From Pirellulales bacterium (GTDB taxonomy: Bacteria; Planctomycetota; Planctomycetia; Pirellulales; JAICIG01), in assembly GCA_040901675.1 (NCBI GenBank), contig JBBDYJ010000029.1, positions 1 through 64,000 on the forward strand: a stretch of 64,000 nt of DNA. The letters are read 5' to 3'. Both the position numbers and the translations under genes were made by a program. Positions 27,545 to 37,534 of the stretch are shown here, in pieces (position 1 is the stretch's first letter; each line of letters begins with the position of its first letter). The notes beneath the pieces were generated by a model that saw only the letters and a list, made by a program, of their open reading frames with translations, was not told the origin of the DNA and did no database searches.

Positions 27545-27570
27545 CCTGCGACGCCGCTCGACGACGCGAG

Positions 27571-28053
27571 TCACTCCAGCCGCTTGCTGAACACCAGCAT
27601 GTCGTCGCCGTCGCGGTAAAAATCCTTGAGCGTCGCGGCCTGCACGTAGCCGTGCTTCTGGTAAAAACGGCGAGTCAGCTCGTAGTGCGGCTGCGACGAG
27701 GTCTCGATCAACAACAGCCGCCCCTCGAGAGCGCGGATCGCGTCTTCCGCGTGCGCCAGCAGCGAGCCGCCGATCCCACGGGCTTGGAGCGTCCGCGAAA
27801 CGGCGATCCAGTACAGGTGCCAGGTCCGGTCGGTCATGGCCGCCGGAGCGAAGTAGGCGAAGCCGCCGATCAGGTCCCCTTCGACATAGCTCACTGAGTG
27901 GTGGCCCAAGGCGCGATTGGCGGCGTGGAAATCGACCAGCACTTCTTCCAGGGCCGTGATTTCGAGCGGCCGGAAAACGCCCGTTTCTTGGGCCAGAACC
28001 AGCAAGGCCGGCGTATCGGCCGGCTGAGTGGGACGAATCGAGCAGGTGTTCAA
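27571..28053 (-). CDS. GNAT family N-acetyltransferase
   Basis: LYWIAV...QARGIG and TRRFY.KHGY. The TTG start overlaps the DUF1501 stop. Confidence 0.88.
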   Translation of the reverse strand: MNTCSIRPTQPADTPALLVLAQETGVFRPLEITALEEVLVDFHAANRALGHHSVSYVEGDLIGGFAYFAPAAMTDRTWHLYWIAVSRTLQARGIGGSLLAHAEDAIRALEGRLLLIETSSQPHYELTRRFYQKHGYVQAATLKDFYRDGDDMLVFSKRLE

Positions 28054-29558
28054 GCCAGCACGTCGGCGATCACTTCTCCGTGTACCAGGGGCAACGGGCG
28101 ATCGAGGCTGTCGCGCACCATCAGGTGATGGTCGATGCCCAGCAGGTGATACATCGTGGCCAGCAGATCCTTGGGGCTGACCGGGTGATCGGCCACGTCG
28201 GAAGCGTGCTTGTCGGAGGCGCCCACGACGCGGCCCCGCGCCACGCCGCCGCCCGCCATCCACGAGGAGTAAGCCCGCGACCAGTGATCGCGGCCGCCGC
28301 CCTGCCCGCTGGTGATCTGCGGCGTGCGGCCATGTTCGCTGGTGCAAACCACCAGCGTGTCATCGAGCAGGCCTCGCTGGTCGAGATCGGTGATCAGCCC
28401 ATACCAGCCTTGATCGAGCCCGGGGCACAGCTCCTGCCGCATGCGGGGATAGTGGTTCCAATGCGTGTCCCAGCCGCTGCCGGCCAGGCCGTACTCGTCC
28501 CAGAACAGCGTCACGACGCGGCTGCCGGCTTCGACGAGCCTTCGAGCGGCCAGGCATCCCTGGCCGAACAGCGTTTCGCCGTACAACTGCCGCGTGGCGG
28601 CCGATTCGAGCCTGACATCGAGCGCCGTGCGCAACTGGTCCGATTCGAGCAGGTTGTACGTCATCTCGCGATAGCGATTCATCTGCCTGCCGCTGCTGGA
28701 CCTGGCCAGATCCTCGCGAGCCTGGTCCAACTGGCCTACCAGCGAGCGCCGGCTGTTCAAGCGGTCGAGCGTGATTTCGTTTTGCAAGCTGGTCGCGGAA
28801 GGAACGACAAAGTGGCTATCGCTCGACAGGCCGATGTAGGGGTCGTTGTCGGTGTAGGTCTGCTGGGCGAGGGTCTTGGTCAGGCCCTTGGTGGCCGTGC
28901 CGACGAAGTCGGTCCAGATCGGGTTGTATTCGCCGCCCAGGAAAGCGGCGTAGGGGCCGGCCCTGGGGACTTCGCCCACGCGGCGGCTGCTGAACTGCCA
29001 AGGCAGCGCGATGTTCGAGGGGACCGCCGGCGGCTTGCCGGGCTGGTCCTTGGCGCGCTGGGAATCGACAAAGTCGACCACCGAGCCGAAGAAGGGCCAG
29101 TGCCGCGGATCGTGCGGGTTCAGTTCCATCGGCACGTCGATGGCGGGCACGCCGGTCAGGGCGAAGGCCACCCCGTGCAGCGGGTAGGGGTGCGTCAGCG
29201 ACCGCAGCACGGTGGTGCGGTCCATGACCTTGGCAAAGTTGGGCAGCAGCTCGCAAACGTTCAGCCCCGGCAGGCTGGAAGGGATGCAACCCAGCTCGCC
29301 GCGAATCTCGACCGGCGCATCCGGCTTAGGATCGACCGTTTCCAGTTGGCTCGGCGCCCCGTACAAGTGCACCAGGATGATGCTCTTGGCCTTGCCGAAC
29401 GACCGCGGACGGCCTTCGCCAGCCCGGGCCGAGGCCTCCTGCCACTGGACCATGTCGGCCAGTGTCAAACCGGCCAGCCCCAGGCCGCCCACGCGCAACC
29501 AATCGCGGCGGTTCATGCCTCCGCACAGCTTCCGCGTCGAACCGAGGATATTGAGCAT
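28050..29558 (-). CDS. DUF1501 domain protein (Tat-like leader)
   Basis: NRRDWLRVG, GAPSQLET.DPKP, ARRLVEAG, WDTH, EHGRTP and GRDHW. Confidence 0.93.
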   Translation of the reverse strand: MLNILGSTRKLCGGMNRRDWLRVGGLGLAGLTLADMVQWQEASARAGEGRPRSFGKAKSIILVHLYGAPSQLETVDPKPDAPVEIRGELGCIPSSLPGLNVCELLPNFAKVMDRTTVLRSLTHPYPLHGVAFALTGVPAIDVPMELNPHDPRHWPFFGSVVDFVDSQRAKDQPGKPPAVPSNIALPWQFSSRRVGEVPRAGPYAAFLGGEYNPIWTDFVGTATKGLTKTLAQQTYTDNDPYIGLSSDSHFVVPSATSLQNEITLDRLNSRRSLVGQLDQAREDLARSSSGRQMNRYREMTYNLLESDQLRTALDVRLESAATRQLYGETLFGQGCLAARRLVEAGSRVVTLFWDEYGLAGSGWDTHWNHYPRMRQELCPGLDQGWYGLITDLDQRGLLDDTLVVCTSEHGRTPQITSGQGGGRDHWSRAYSSWMAGGGVARGRVVGASDKHASDVADHPVSPKDLLATMYHLLGIDHHLMVRDSLDRPLPLVHGEVIADVLA

Positions 29559-29669
29559 GGCGGTTCGCCTTGGCAGGGGATTCTGTCTGATCTATCGGCA
29601 GCGGCTTATAGGTTACCAAAACCAAAGGGGGTTGGGAACAGGGGGAGGCGTACAAGGAGGGGAGGAACC

Positions 29670-29712
29670 GGGGCTTTGGACTTAGGACTTTGATCTTGGT
29701 TCTTTGCACCTG
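29670..29712. repeat. Degenerate heptamer tandem repeat
   Basis: gggcttt ggactta ggacttt gatcttg gttcttt. Confidence 0.5.
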
Positions 29713-29809
29713 GCCGGTTGTCACGCGTACCAAGTACCGCTCTATTGATGAGACCCTGCCGGCATTCTGGCCGGCCCCACGGTACCTCCGAATCCAGAAT
29801 CAATCGTGC

Positions 29810-31816
29810 ATGGACGCCAAGCTCAATCCGGCCCAACGGGAAGCAGTCGGCACGCTGAATGGGCCGCTGTTGGTTCTGGCCGGCGCCGGCACCGGAAAGA
29901 CGCGGGTCGTCACCTGCCGCATTGCCGAGTTGATCAAGAGCGGCGTGCCGGGGGGGCGGATCCTGGCCGTCACCTTCACCAACAAGGCGGCCGGCGAAAT
30001 GCACCAGCGCGCCGCCGGCCTGTTGGGTAAACGGCTGAAGCCCGATCAGAAGCCGGAGATCTCCACCTTCCACTCGCTTTGCGTGCGGATCCTGAGGCGG
30101 CACATCGGCCAGTTGGGCTATCCGGCCGAGTTTGCCATCTACGATCGGGGCGACCAGGAAAGCCTGGCCCGCGCCGCCCTGCGGGAGATCCGCGTGCCCG
30201 GAGAAGTGCTGCGGCCGGGAGACCTGCTGCAAACAATCGGCCGCTGGAAAACCAGGTCGATCGGGCCGGGCCAGGCGGCCGCCGTGGCCCAAAGCGACAA
30301 GGAGCACCTGGCCGCCGCCGCTTACCGCCGCTACCAGCAGTCGCTCAAGGCGGCCGGCGCGGTCGACTTCGACGACTTGCTGTTGTGTACCGAGGAGCTG
30401 TTCAGCCGCTTCCCGGCGAGCCTGGCCGCCGAGGCCCGCCGCTTCAGCCATCTGTTGATCGACGAATACCAGGACACCAACGGCTCGCAGTATCGCATCA
30501 TCAAGGCCCTGGCGTCCGGGCACCGCAACCTGTGCGTGGTGGGCGACGACGACCAGTCGATCTACGGCTGGCGTGGCGCGGAGGTGGCCCACATCCTGCG
30601 GTTCCAGCGCGACTGGCCCGATGCCAAGGTGGTGCGGCTGGAGGAGAACTACCGCTCGACCGAGGCCATTCTCACGCTGGCCAACCGGCTGATCCGCCAC
30701 AATGCTCATCGGCACGACAAGGTGCTGCGGGCCTGGCGCGAAGGAGGTGAGGCGCCGCGCGTTCTGCAGTTCCCGGACGAAACGGCCGAGGCCAAGCAGG
30801 TCGTGGCCGAGATCGGCGCGTGGATTTTCCGGCGGATTGCCGAGCCGCGCGACTTCGCCATCCTGTTTCGCACCAACGAGCAGCCGCGGGCCTTCGAGCA
30901 GGAACTGCGGCGGGCAAAGCTGCCTTACACGCTGATCGGCGGCATGAGCTTCTTTGACCGCAAAGAGGTCCGCGACATCCTGGCGTACCTGCGCGTGCTC
31001 ACGCAGCCGCGCGACGAAGTATCGCTGCTGCGGATCATCAACACGCCGCCCCGCGGCATCGGCCCCAAGGCGGTCGAGCTGCTCATGGCCGCCGCCGTCA
31101 GCCAATCGAAGCCGCTGTGGGAGCTGCTCGCATCGCCGGCGGCCGTCAAAGAAGCGGTGCCGGCGGCGGCCGAAGCGGTCGGCAAGTTCCGGGCGCTCAT
31201 CAACGCTTATCGCGATCGGCTCGAGCACGAGCCTTTGGCCGACCTGGCGGCCGACCTGGTACACGCCATCGGCTACCAGCAGGAGATCAACCGTCAATAC
31301 AAGGAGCCGGCCGACCAGATCGCCCGCTGGAATACGGTGGAGGAAGTGGTCAACGCCGTGGCCTCCTACCAGCAGCGTGCCGCCGCGCCGACGTTGTCGG
31401 GATTCCTGGAGGACGTAGCGCTTACGGGCCGCGACGAGCGCGACGATCGGGACGACAAGCTGGCGCGCAACGCCGTCCTGCTTTTGACGCTGCACAGTGC
31501 CAAGGGACTCGAGTTTCCGCAGGTCTACCTGGTCGGCATGGAGGAGGGGTTGTTGCCGCACCATCGATCGGTGTCGGCCGAGGGTTCGGCGATCGACGAG
31601 GAGCGCCGGCTGTGTTACGTGGGCGTGACCCGCGCCCGTGACCGGCTGACCCTGAGCCTGGCCCTGACCCGCACCAAATGGGGCAAGCCGCGCCCCACGC
31701 AGCCCAGCCGGTTCCTCTTCGAACTCGTCGGCAAGGAGCAGAAGCCCGGCACGGCGACACGGGGACATGGCGGCAAGGCGATACGGCGGCCGCGCGGCCG
31801 ACGTATGAGGAGCTGA
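29810..31816 (+). CDS. UvrD/Rep/PcrA superfamily 1A DNA helicase
   Basis: AGAGTGKT, TFTNKAA, DEYQD, GDDDQSIYGWRGA, NYRS, TLHSAKGLEF and EERRLCYVGVTRA. Confidence 0.96.
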   Translation: MDAKLNPAQREAVGTLNGPLLVLAGAGTGKTRVVTCRIAELIKSGVPGGRILAVTFTNKAAGEMHQRAAGLLGKRLKPDQKPEISTFHSLCVRILRRHIGQLGYPAEFAIYDRGDQESLARAALREIRVPGEVLRPGDLLQTIGRWKTRSIGPGQAAAVAQSDKEHLAAAAYRRYQQSLKAAGAVDFDDLLLCTEELFSRFPASLAAEARRFSHLLIDEYQDTNGSQYRIIKALASGHRNLCVVGDDDQSIYGWRGAEVAHILRFQRDWPDAKVVRLEENYRSTEAILTLANRLIRHNAHRHDKVLRAWREGGEAPRVLQFPDETAEAKQVVAEIGAWIFRRIAEPRDFAILFRTNEQPRAFEQELRRAKLPYTLIGGMSFFDRKEVRDILAYLRVLTQPRDEVSLLRIINTPPRGIGPKAVELLMAAAVSQSKPLWELLASPAAVKEAVPAAAEAVGKFRALINAYRDRLEHEPLADLAADLVHAIGYQQEINRQYKEPADQIARWNTVEEVVNAVASYQQRAAAPTLSGFLEDVALTGRDERDDRDDKLARNAVLLLTLHSAKGLEFPQVYLVGMEEGLLPHHRSVSAEGSAIDEERRLCYVGVTRARDRLTLSLALTRTKWGKPRPTQPSRFLFELVGKEQKPGTATRGHGGKAIRRPRGRRMRS

Positions 31817-31834
31817 GGCAAACCCGCCGAGGAA

Positions 31835-31889
31835 AAAAAGGGGATAAGTCCAATTTCGCGCCTGCGTTAATTGGACTTATCCCCTTTTT
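31835..31889. repeat. Perfect 21-bp inverted repeat (REP-like element or bidirectional terminator)
   Basis: AAAAAGGGGATAAGTCCAATT-N13-AATTGGACTTATCCCCTTTTT. Confidence 0.9.
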
Positions 31890-31893
31890 CCAA

Positions 31894-32100
31894 TACGTGG
31901 GCGCGACCCGCGCCCGTGACCGGCTGAGCCTGGCCCTGACCCGCACCAGGTGGGGCAACCCGCGCCCCACGCAGCCCAGCCGATTCCTGTCCGAGGTTTT
32001 GGGCAAGGCGCGAGATCCCGACACGGCGACAAGGGGACCGGGCGACACAGGGAAGCGGCGGCCGCGCGGCCGACGTATGAGACGCTGAGGCAAACCCGCC
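31894..32100 (+). pseudogene. Diverged direct duplicate of the helicase 3' end (31616-31828)
   Basis: Translates as YVGATRARDRLSLALTRTRWGNPRPTQPSRFL...RRPRGRRMRR*, with an in-frame 6-bp deletion. Confidence 0.9.
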
Positions 32101-32285
32101 CGGCGGTCGCAGGCGGCACATGCCGCAGCGCGTCACGCAGAGCTTTTACGATATTGACCTCGGTTTCGAAGCCCGAGCCATCGAAAACACCCTCGGGCCC
32201 GCTGGATTCCGAACTAGCACCGTTTCCCCCGTTTAACTACACTACGCAGTCGGAAGCTGCACAGAGGGGGGGCACGGAGGCGCCC

Positions 32286-33563
32286 ATGTCTTGTCCATTT
32301 CGCTTTATCCACGCCAGCGATTTTCACCTCGAACGCCCGCTGTTCGGCCTGGCCGCCGTGCCCGAACACCTCCGCGAGCTGTTCGTCGATGCGCCCTACC
32401 TGGCGGCCCGCCGCGTCTTCGATGCGGCCCTGGCAGAAGAGGTCGACTTCATGGTGCTGGCAGGCGACCTGGCCGAACCGGAGATGGCTGGGCCGGGAGG
32501 CCCGCTATTTCTGGTCGAACAATTCAAGCGGCTTCAAGAGCGGGGCATTGCGGTCTACTGGGCCGGCGGCCAGGTCGATCCGCCGGAGGCCTGGCCGGCG
32601 AGCATTGCCTTGCCCGACAACGTCCGGGTGTTCTCCCGCCAACGGCCGGAAGAAGTCGTACACCATCGCGACGGCGAACGGCTGGCACGCCTGGTTGGTT
32701 TCAGCAGGCGGCGAGGCCACAAGATTCGTCCCGGCGATTTCTGGCCCGATTCCAAGGGGCCGTTCTCGATCGCCCTGACCTATGGCACTGGCGACAACGC
32801 CGCGCTGGCGGCGCGCGGAATCGATTACTGGGCCCTTGGCGGCCGGCACACTCAAGACACACATCACGATGGCCGCTGCTTGCTGCACTATCCGGGCACA
32901 GTCCAAGGACGCGAGCCGGCTGAACCGGGTCCGCGCGGCTGCACGCTGGTGCAAGTGATCGAGGGCCCGCCGCAACTGCGCCAGGTGCCTTGCGACGTAG
33001 TGCGCTGGCTCGACGAGGCGGTTGAGGTCGATGAGACGACGACGGCCGACGCGCTGCGGCAAATGCTCGGCCGGCGCTTGCAGTCGCTGGCGGCGGCGAC
33101 TCCCGGACTCGATCTGCTGGTGTCGTGGACGGCTGACGGAGGGGGAAAACTGCTGGACGAGCTAGGGCGCGGGACGTTGGCCGCGCGGCTCCTGGCGGGG
33201 CTCAATGAGGAATTCGGCCGCCGGCGCCCGGCCGTCTTCAGCACGCGGCTGGCGGTCGCCCCGCTTCGCGAGTGGCCTGCCGACTGGTGCGAACAGGACA
33301 CGATCTTGGGGGACTTTGTCCGCACGGTCCGCCGGCTTGTGCCCCATCGCAAGGCGGCTGCGGGCGGTAGTTCGAGCGAGGCGCCTATGCTGGACCTGGT
33401 TGAACTATCGGCCGGCTTGGAAAACCTGCTCAGCGAGCGGCACCGGGCTGGGACCCTGGCCGACGGCGTGCGGCTCGGCGACGAGAAGACCCGGCGGCGC
33501 GTGCTGGCCAAGGCGGCCGCGCTGGGCGCCGATCTGTTACGCGGCGAGGAGCCAAAGACGTGA
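32286..33563 (+). CDS. YhaO/Mre11/SbcD-like metallophosphoesterase, degenerate active site
   Basis: FIHASDFHL, LAGDL, DYWALGG.H and YPGTVQGR. GGAGG RBS. Overlaps the AAA ATPase by 4 bp. Confidence 0.88.
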   Translation: MSCPFRFIHASDFHLERPLFGLAAVPEHLRELFVDAPYLAARRVFDAALAEEVDFMVLAGDLAEPEMAGPGGPLFLVEQFKRLQERGIAVYWAGGQVDPPEAWPASIALPDNVRVFSRQRPEEVVHHRDGERLARLVGFSRRRGHKIRPGDFWPDSKGPFSIALTYGTGDNAALAARGIDYWALGGRHTQDTHHDGRCLLHYPGTVQGREPAEPGPRGCTLVQVIEGPPQLRQVPCDVVRWLDEAVEVDETTTADALRQMLGRRLQSLAAATPGLDLLVSWTADGGGKLLDELGRGTLAARLLAGLNEEFGRRRPAVFSTRLAVAPLREWPADWCEQDTILGDFVRTVRRLVPHRKAAAGGSSSEAPMLDLVELSAGLENLLSERHRAGTLADGVRLGDEKTRRRVLAKAAALGADLLRGEEPKT

Positions 33564-36500
33564 ATATTGTTGAACTGGAAGTCGACGGCTTCGGCGTCTG
33601 GAGCGGGCTTCGGCTGGAGTCGCTGTCGGCAGGTCTGAACGTGTTGTACGGCCCCAACGAGGCGGGCAAGACTACGCTGCTCGAGTTTGTCCGCTCGGTG
33701 CTGTACGGGTTTGCCGACGACCGCCGTCGGCGTTACTTGCCGCCGTTGCGGGGCGGGCGACCCGGCGGCTCGCTGAAGCTCACCGGCCCTGCCGGCACCT
33801 GCCACGTCAGCCGGCACGCCGACGAGGCGCGCGATCCGGTCGAGGGGAACCTGCGACTGCTGGCCGCCGACGGCACGCTGCAAACCGGGCGTGTGCTCGA
33901 CTTGCTGCTGGGCGACGTCGACGAAGCCACGTTCAACAACGTGTTCGCCGTCGGCCTGAAGGAGATCCAGGAGCTCGCCGCCCTGGATGACACTTCGGCT
34001 GCCCAACTGTTGTACCGGCTGACCAGCGGCCTGGACCGCGTCTCGCTGGCCGACGTGCTGGGCGAGCTGGCCGCCTCGCGCGAGCGGCTGCTGGCCGCCG
34101 ATGGCCGAAGCTGTCGCGTGACCGCCTTGCTGGCCGAACGCGAGAGAATCCTGGCCGACGTCGATCAGCTTCGCGGCGTCTCGCACCGTTATGCCGCCTT
34201 GGCCCACGAGCGGAACGAAATCGAAGCGGCCATCGCCCAGCGCGAGGCACAATGCGCCGAGCTGGAGCAGTCGGCCAGGGTGATCGAAGCGGCCGTCGCC
34301 GTCCGCGAACCCTGGAGAGAGCGGGCCACCCTGGAAACCGAGATCGCCGCCTTGGCGGCACGGCCCGGCCTCGACGCCGACGCGGCACGGCGGTTTGAGC
34401 TGATCACCGCCCGCCTGGCCGCCCGCCGCCGCCGGATCGCCAAGATCGAGCGGGCCCGCAAGGCGCTAAGGCACGACGAGCGCCAGTTGGGTTACGACCG
34501 TGCCATGGCCCGGCATGCGCCGCGCATCGAAGCCCTGGCCGAGCAGGAGAACTGGATCACCACGCTCGAGACGCAGGTGCGGCAACTGGAGCAACAGCTC
34601 GCCCAGCTCGACGAGCAGGCGGCCGCCCAACAAGCCAGGCTCGGCTTGGGCACCGGCGAGGGGGGGACGGGCCAGCCGCTGCGGGGACAATTCAAGCTCG
34701 ATCAACGGTCGCTGGCAGCGCTGCGGTCAGCGGGCCGCACGGTCCGCGAGCCTCGCCGCCGATTGCGCGAAGCCAGGTCGCAAATGGTCCATGCGGCCGA
34801 GACGGCTCAGACATTGGCGGGCGAGATTCGCTCGGCATTGAGCGGCCGGCCGGAAAAAGACCTGGCCAAAGCACTGGAGCGGGCAGGCGGGCTGGTGACG
34901 CAGTTGCGCCGGCGCGTGCAGCTCGACGACAGGCTGGCCCAGATGGGCCGGCACCAGGTCGAGCTGGAGACTCAGAGCCGGCACCTCTTGGATCGGCAGT
35001 TGCTCCCCAGTTGGGTGCTGGCCGCCTTGGGCGGTCTGTTCGTGTTCGGAGTGGTCTTGATCCTGGCCGGCTTGTTCCTTCCGACGTCGGTCGTCGGATC
35101 AGCCGGCTGGGCACTGGCCGTGTTAGGGCTGGGGGGAACCGCGACGGCCGCCGGCGCCAAGTGGATGTTGGAACGCGCGGCCGGCAACCAACTGGAAGCT
35201 TGCCAGAAGCAGGCCGGAATCCTGGCGCTGCAAATCAAGCAGGCCAAGGAAGAGCGCGAAGGGCTCGACGCCCAATTGCCGCGCGGCGGCGGGCCGATGC
35301 TGGCCCGCTTGCAGGCCGCCGAAAAGGATCTGTCCGCCTTGGAAGACCTGCTGTCGCTCGATGGCCGACGGCAAATGGCCCAGCAGGAAGCCGATGCGGC
35401 CCGCGCGGCCGTGCGGCAAGCTCGCGACGACTGCCGGGGGGCCCTCCGCCGCTGGAAGCAGGCGCTGGGCGCGGCCGGCTTGCCGGGCGAGCTGTCGTAC
35501 GCCCAGTTGCGGCGTCTGTCGAAGGGCTGGCGGCAGTTCAGCGACCTGGCGGGCCGGATCGAACGTCATCGGGCCGAGCTCGACCAGCGCCGGCGGGAAC
35601 TCGAATCGCTGGTGGCACGTCTGAACCAGGTCATGGCCGACGTGGGCATCGGGACAAAGGGCGAAGCGGCCGCCGATCGGCTGCGGCAACTGCGGCAGGC
35701 CTTGACCGAACACCAGGCATCGGCAACTCGGCGGCTGGCGCTGGTGAAGCGGGCCAGGAGATTGCGGCGTCACCAGCGGAAGCTCACTCAAGGATTGCAC
35801 CTTTGGCAGCGGCGGCGGAAGGAGCTGTTGCGCCGGGCCGGGGCCACCGACGAGCAGGAGTTGCACGAGCTGGCTCGCCAACTGGCGCAGGGGCAGTCGC
35901 TGCGCGAGCGGCACGGCGCGTTGTCGCGCCAGATCGCGGCGGCCTTGGCCAACCGGGCGACCGAAGACGACGTGCAAGCCCGGCTTTCCGATCCGGCGCC
36001 CGGCGAGCTGGAGGCCGCGTGGGACGAGGCGACGGGCCGCCGGCGGAGCATGCGACAACAGTTGCAGGAGCTGTTCGAAGCCCGGGGACGGCTGGCGCAC
36101 GAGCTGGAAGCGCTGGCGGCCGACCGGCGGCTGGCCAACCGGTTGGTGGACTTGGGAGTGGTCGAGGCGCAGTTGCGCGAAGCGATCGAGCGCTGGCAGG
36201 TGCTGGCGGTCACGCAGCTTATCTTGGAATCGATCAAGCGCTTCTACGAGGCCGACCGGCAGCCGGAAACGCTGCGGCAGGCCTCTGAGTATCTCGCGCG
36301 GCTGACCGAGGGGCGTTACACGCGTGTGTGGACGCCGTTGGGCGAAAGCGGCCTGCGGGTGGACGACGCCGAGGGGAGCTGCCTGGGGGCCGAATCGCTC
36401 AGCCGTGGCACGCGCGAGCAGTTGTTCTTGTGTCTGCGTCTGGCTCTGGCCGCTTCGTACGCCCGCCGGGGAGTCGAGCTGCCGCTGGTGCTCGACGACG

Positions 36501-37288
36501 TGCTGGTGAACTTCGACGGCAGGCGGGCCAAGGCGGCGGCCGCCCTGTTGCGCGCTTTTGCCGCCGAGGGGCGGCAGGTGTTCGTGTTCACCTGCCACGA
36601 ACACGTGCTCAAGCTGTTCAAGTCGCTCAAGGTGCCGGCGCGGCGGCTGCCGGCCAACGACTGTGCCGATGTGCCGACGGTGACCTGGCAGCCGCCTGCC
36701 GCGGCCGAGGAGCCGAATAAGCAGCCGGCCCGGCCGGCCGCCGAGTGGATGTCGGCCAACGGCAGCGGGATGATCGAGATCGACGACGATCGGTTCGAAG
36801 TGCAGATTGCCGACGATCCCGCGGATGAAGAAGAACTCGAGGAGGAAGCTGCCGACGAGGAATATGACGACGAGTACGACGACGACTTGGATATGGAAGA
36901 CGGAATGAAGCACGAAGACGAGCAAGACGATGCAGAGTCGGCCGCGCCGGACGACCTCGAAGACGAGCAGGACAACGACGACCCGCGCGACGAGGACGAA
37001 TCGGACGAAGACGAGCCGGCCGAGGCGCCTCACGGCCCGCCGGCTCACAAGGTGATCGTGGTTCGCGGCCGGCGCGGCAACGATCCGTTTGCCAACGCGA
37101 TCTGGCACGATCCGGTCGAAGACGAGTCGGATGAAGATGCCGACGAGAGGGAGCTGGAAGAACCGTCCGAGCCTTTCGACGACGCCGACGAGTACTCCTG
37201 GCCGGCCAGCGCGGACCAGGAGGATGAAGATGAAGCGGACGACAGTCAGCTCGACTTCGAAGACCAGGAAGACGACGAGGCCGCCTGA
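33560..37288 (+). CDS. YhaN-like (AAA_27) SMC/Rad50-type ATPase with central TM hairpin and acidic C-terminal tail
   Basis: GPNEAGKT, long coiled coils, LSRGT, LVLDDVLVNFD and FTCH. Confidence 0.92.
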   Translation: MNIVELEVDGFGVWSGLRLESLSAGLNVLYGPNEAGKTTLLEFVRSVLYGFADDRRRRYLPPLRGGRPGGSLKLTGPAGTCHVSRHADEARDPVEGNLRLLAADGTLQTGRVLDLLLGDVDEATFNNVFAVGLKEIQELAALDDTSAAQLLYRLTSGLDRVSLADVLGELAASRERLLAADGRSCRVTALLAERERILADVDQLRGVSHRYAALAHERNEIEAAIAQREAQCAELEQSARVIEAAVAVREPWRERATLETEIAALAARPGLDADAARRFELITARLAARRRRIAKIERARKALRHDERQLGYDRAMARHAPRIEALAEQENWITTLETQVRQLEQQLAQLDEQAAAQQARLGLGTGEGGTGQPLRGQFKLDQRSLAALRSAGRTVREPRRRLREARSQMVHAAETAQTLAGEIRSALSGRPEKDLAKALERAGGLVTQLRRRVQLDDRLAQMGRHQVELETQSRHLLDRQLLPSWVLAALGGLFVFGVVLILAGLFLPTSVVGSAGWALAVLGLGGTATAAGAKWMLERAAGNQLEACQKQAGILALQIKQAKEEREGLDAQLPRGGGPMLARLQAAEKDLSALEDLLSLDGRRQMAQQEADAARAAVRQARDDCRGALRRWKQALGAAGLPGELSYAQLRRLSKGWRQFSDLAGRIERHRAELDQRRRELESLVARLNQVMADVGIGTKGEAAADRLRQLRQALTEHQASATRRLALVKRARRLRRHQRKLTQGLHLWQRRRKELLRRAGATDEQELHELARQLAQGQSLRERHGALSRQIAAALANRATEDDVQARLSDPAPGELEAAWDEATGRRRSMRQQLQELFEARGRLAHELEALAADRRLANRLVDLGVVEAQLREAIERWQVLAVTQLILESIKRFYEADRQPETLRQASEYLARLTEGRYTRVWTPLGESGLRVDDAEGSCLGAESLSRGTREQLFLCLRLALAASYARRGVELPLVLDDVLVNFDGRRAKAAAALLRAFAAEGRQVFVFTCHEHVLKLFKSLKVPARRLPANDCADVPTVTWQPPAAAEEPNKQPARPAAEWMSANGSGMIEIDDDRFEVQIADDPADEEELEEEAADEEYDDEYDDDLDMEDGMKHEDEQDDAESAAPDDLEDEQDNDDPRDEDESDEDEPAEAPHGPPAHKVIVVRGRRGNDPFANAIWHDPVEDESDEDADERELEEPSEPFDDADEYSWPASADQEDEDEADDSQLDFEDQEDDEAA

Positions 37289-37290
37289 TA

Positions 37291-37345
37291 GTAGCCGTCA
37301 CGCTGGGGCATGACGCGCTTGCCTCACGCGGGAGCGTGCCCTCTG
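37291..37345. repeat. Degenerate GTAG-type REP-like element
   Basis: GTAGC-CGTCACGCTGGGGCATGACG hairpin, followed by cacgcgggagcgtg. Confidence 0.45.
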
Positions 37346-37534
37346 TGATTGCTAGCTGCCAGGCTAATGCCTGGGATTTGCCGCAGGCGGAGCCTCCGTC
37401 CTCTGTGCTGCAAGTCCGCCTCCGGCGGAACCTCTGTTCCCTGTTCCTCCGCCCGCTAACCACCGACCACTGACCACTAATGGCCCGGCCGACCGTATAA
37501 TCATGGCGTCGCCACGATGCCTCGGGATGCCGCC

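Noticed and set aside
27543..27552. AGCCTGCGAC 10-mer just downstream of both TA-type islets (27543 and 49011)
   Set aside because: It is short and GC-rich with no matching left-hand boundary. Chance cannot be excluded.
31616..32100. Diversity-generating retroelement VR/TR pair
   Set aside because: Differences are not adenine-specific (T/C, G/C and others) and there is no reverse transcriptase in the window.
31950..32285. N-terminal extension of the YhaO-like ORF
   Set aside because: It runs through the duplicated helicase fragment. The GGAGG RBS and motif I place the start at 32286.
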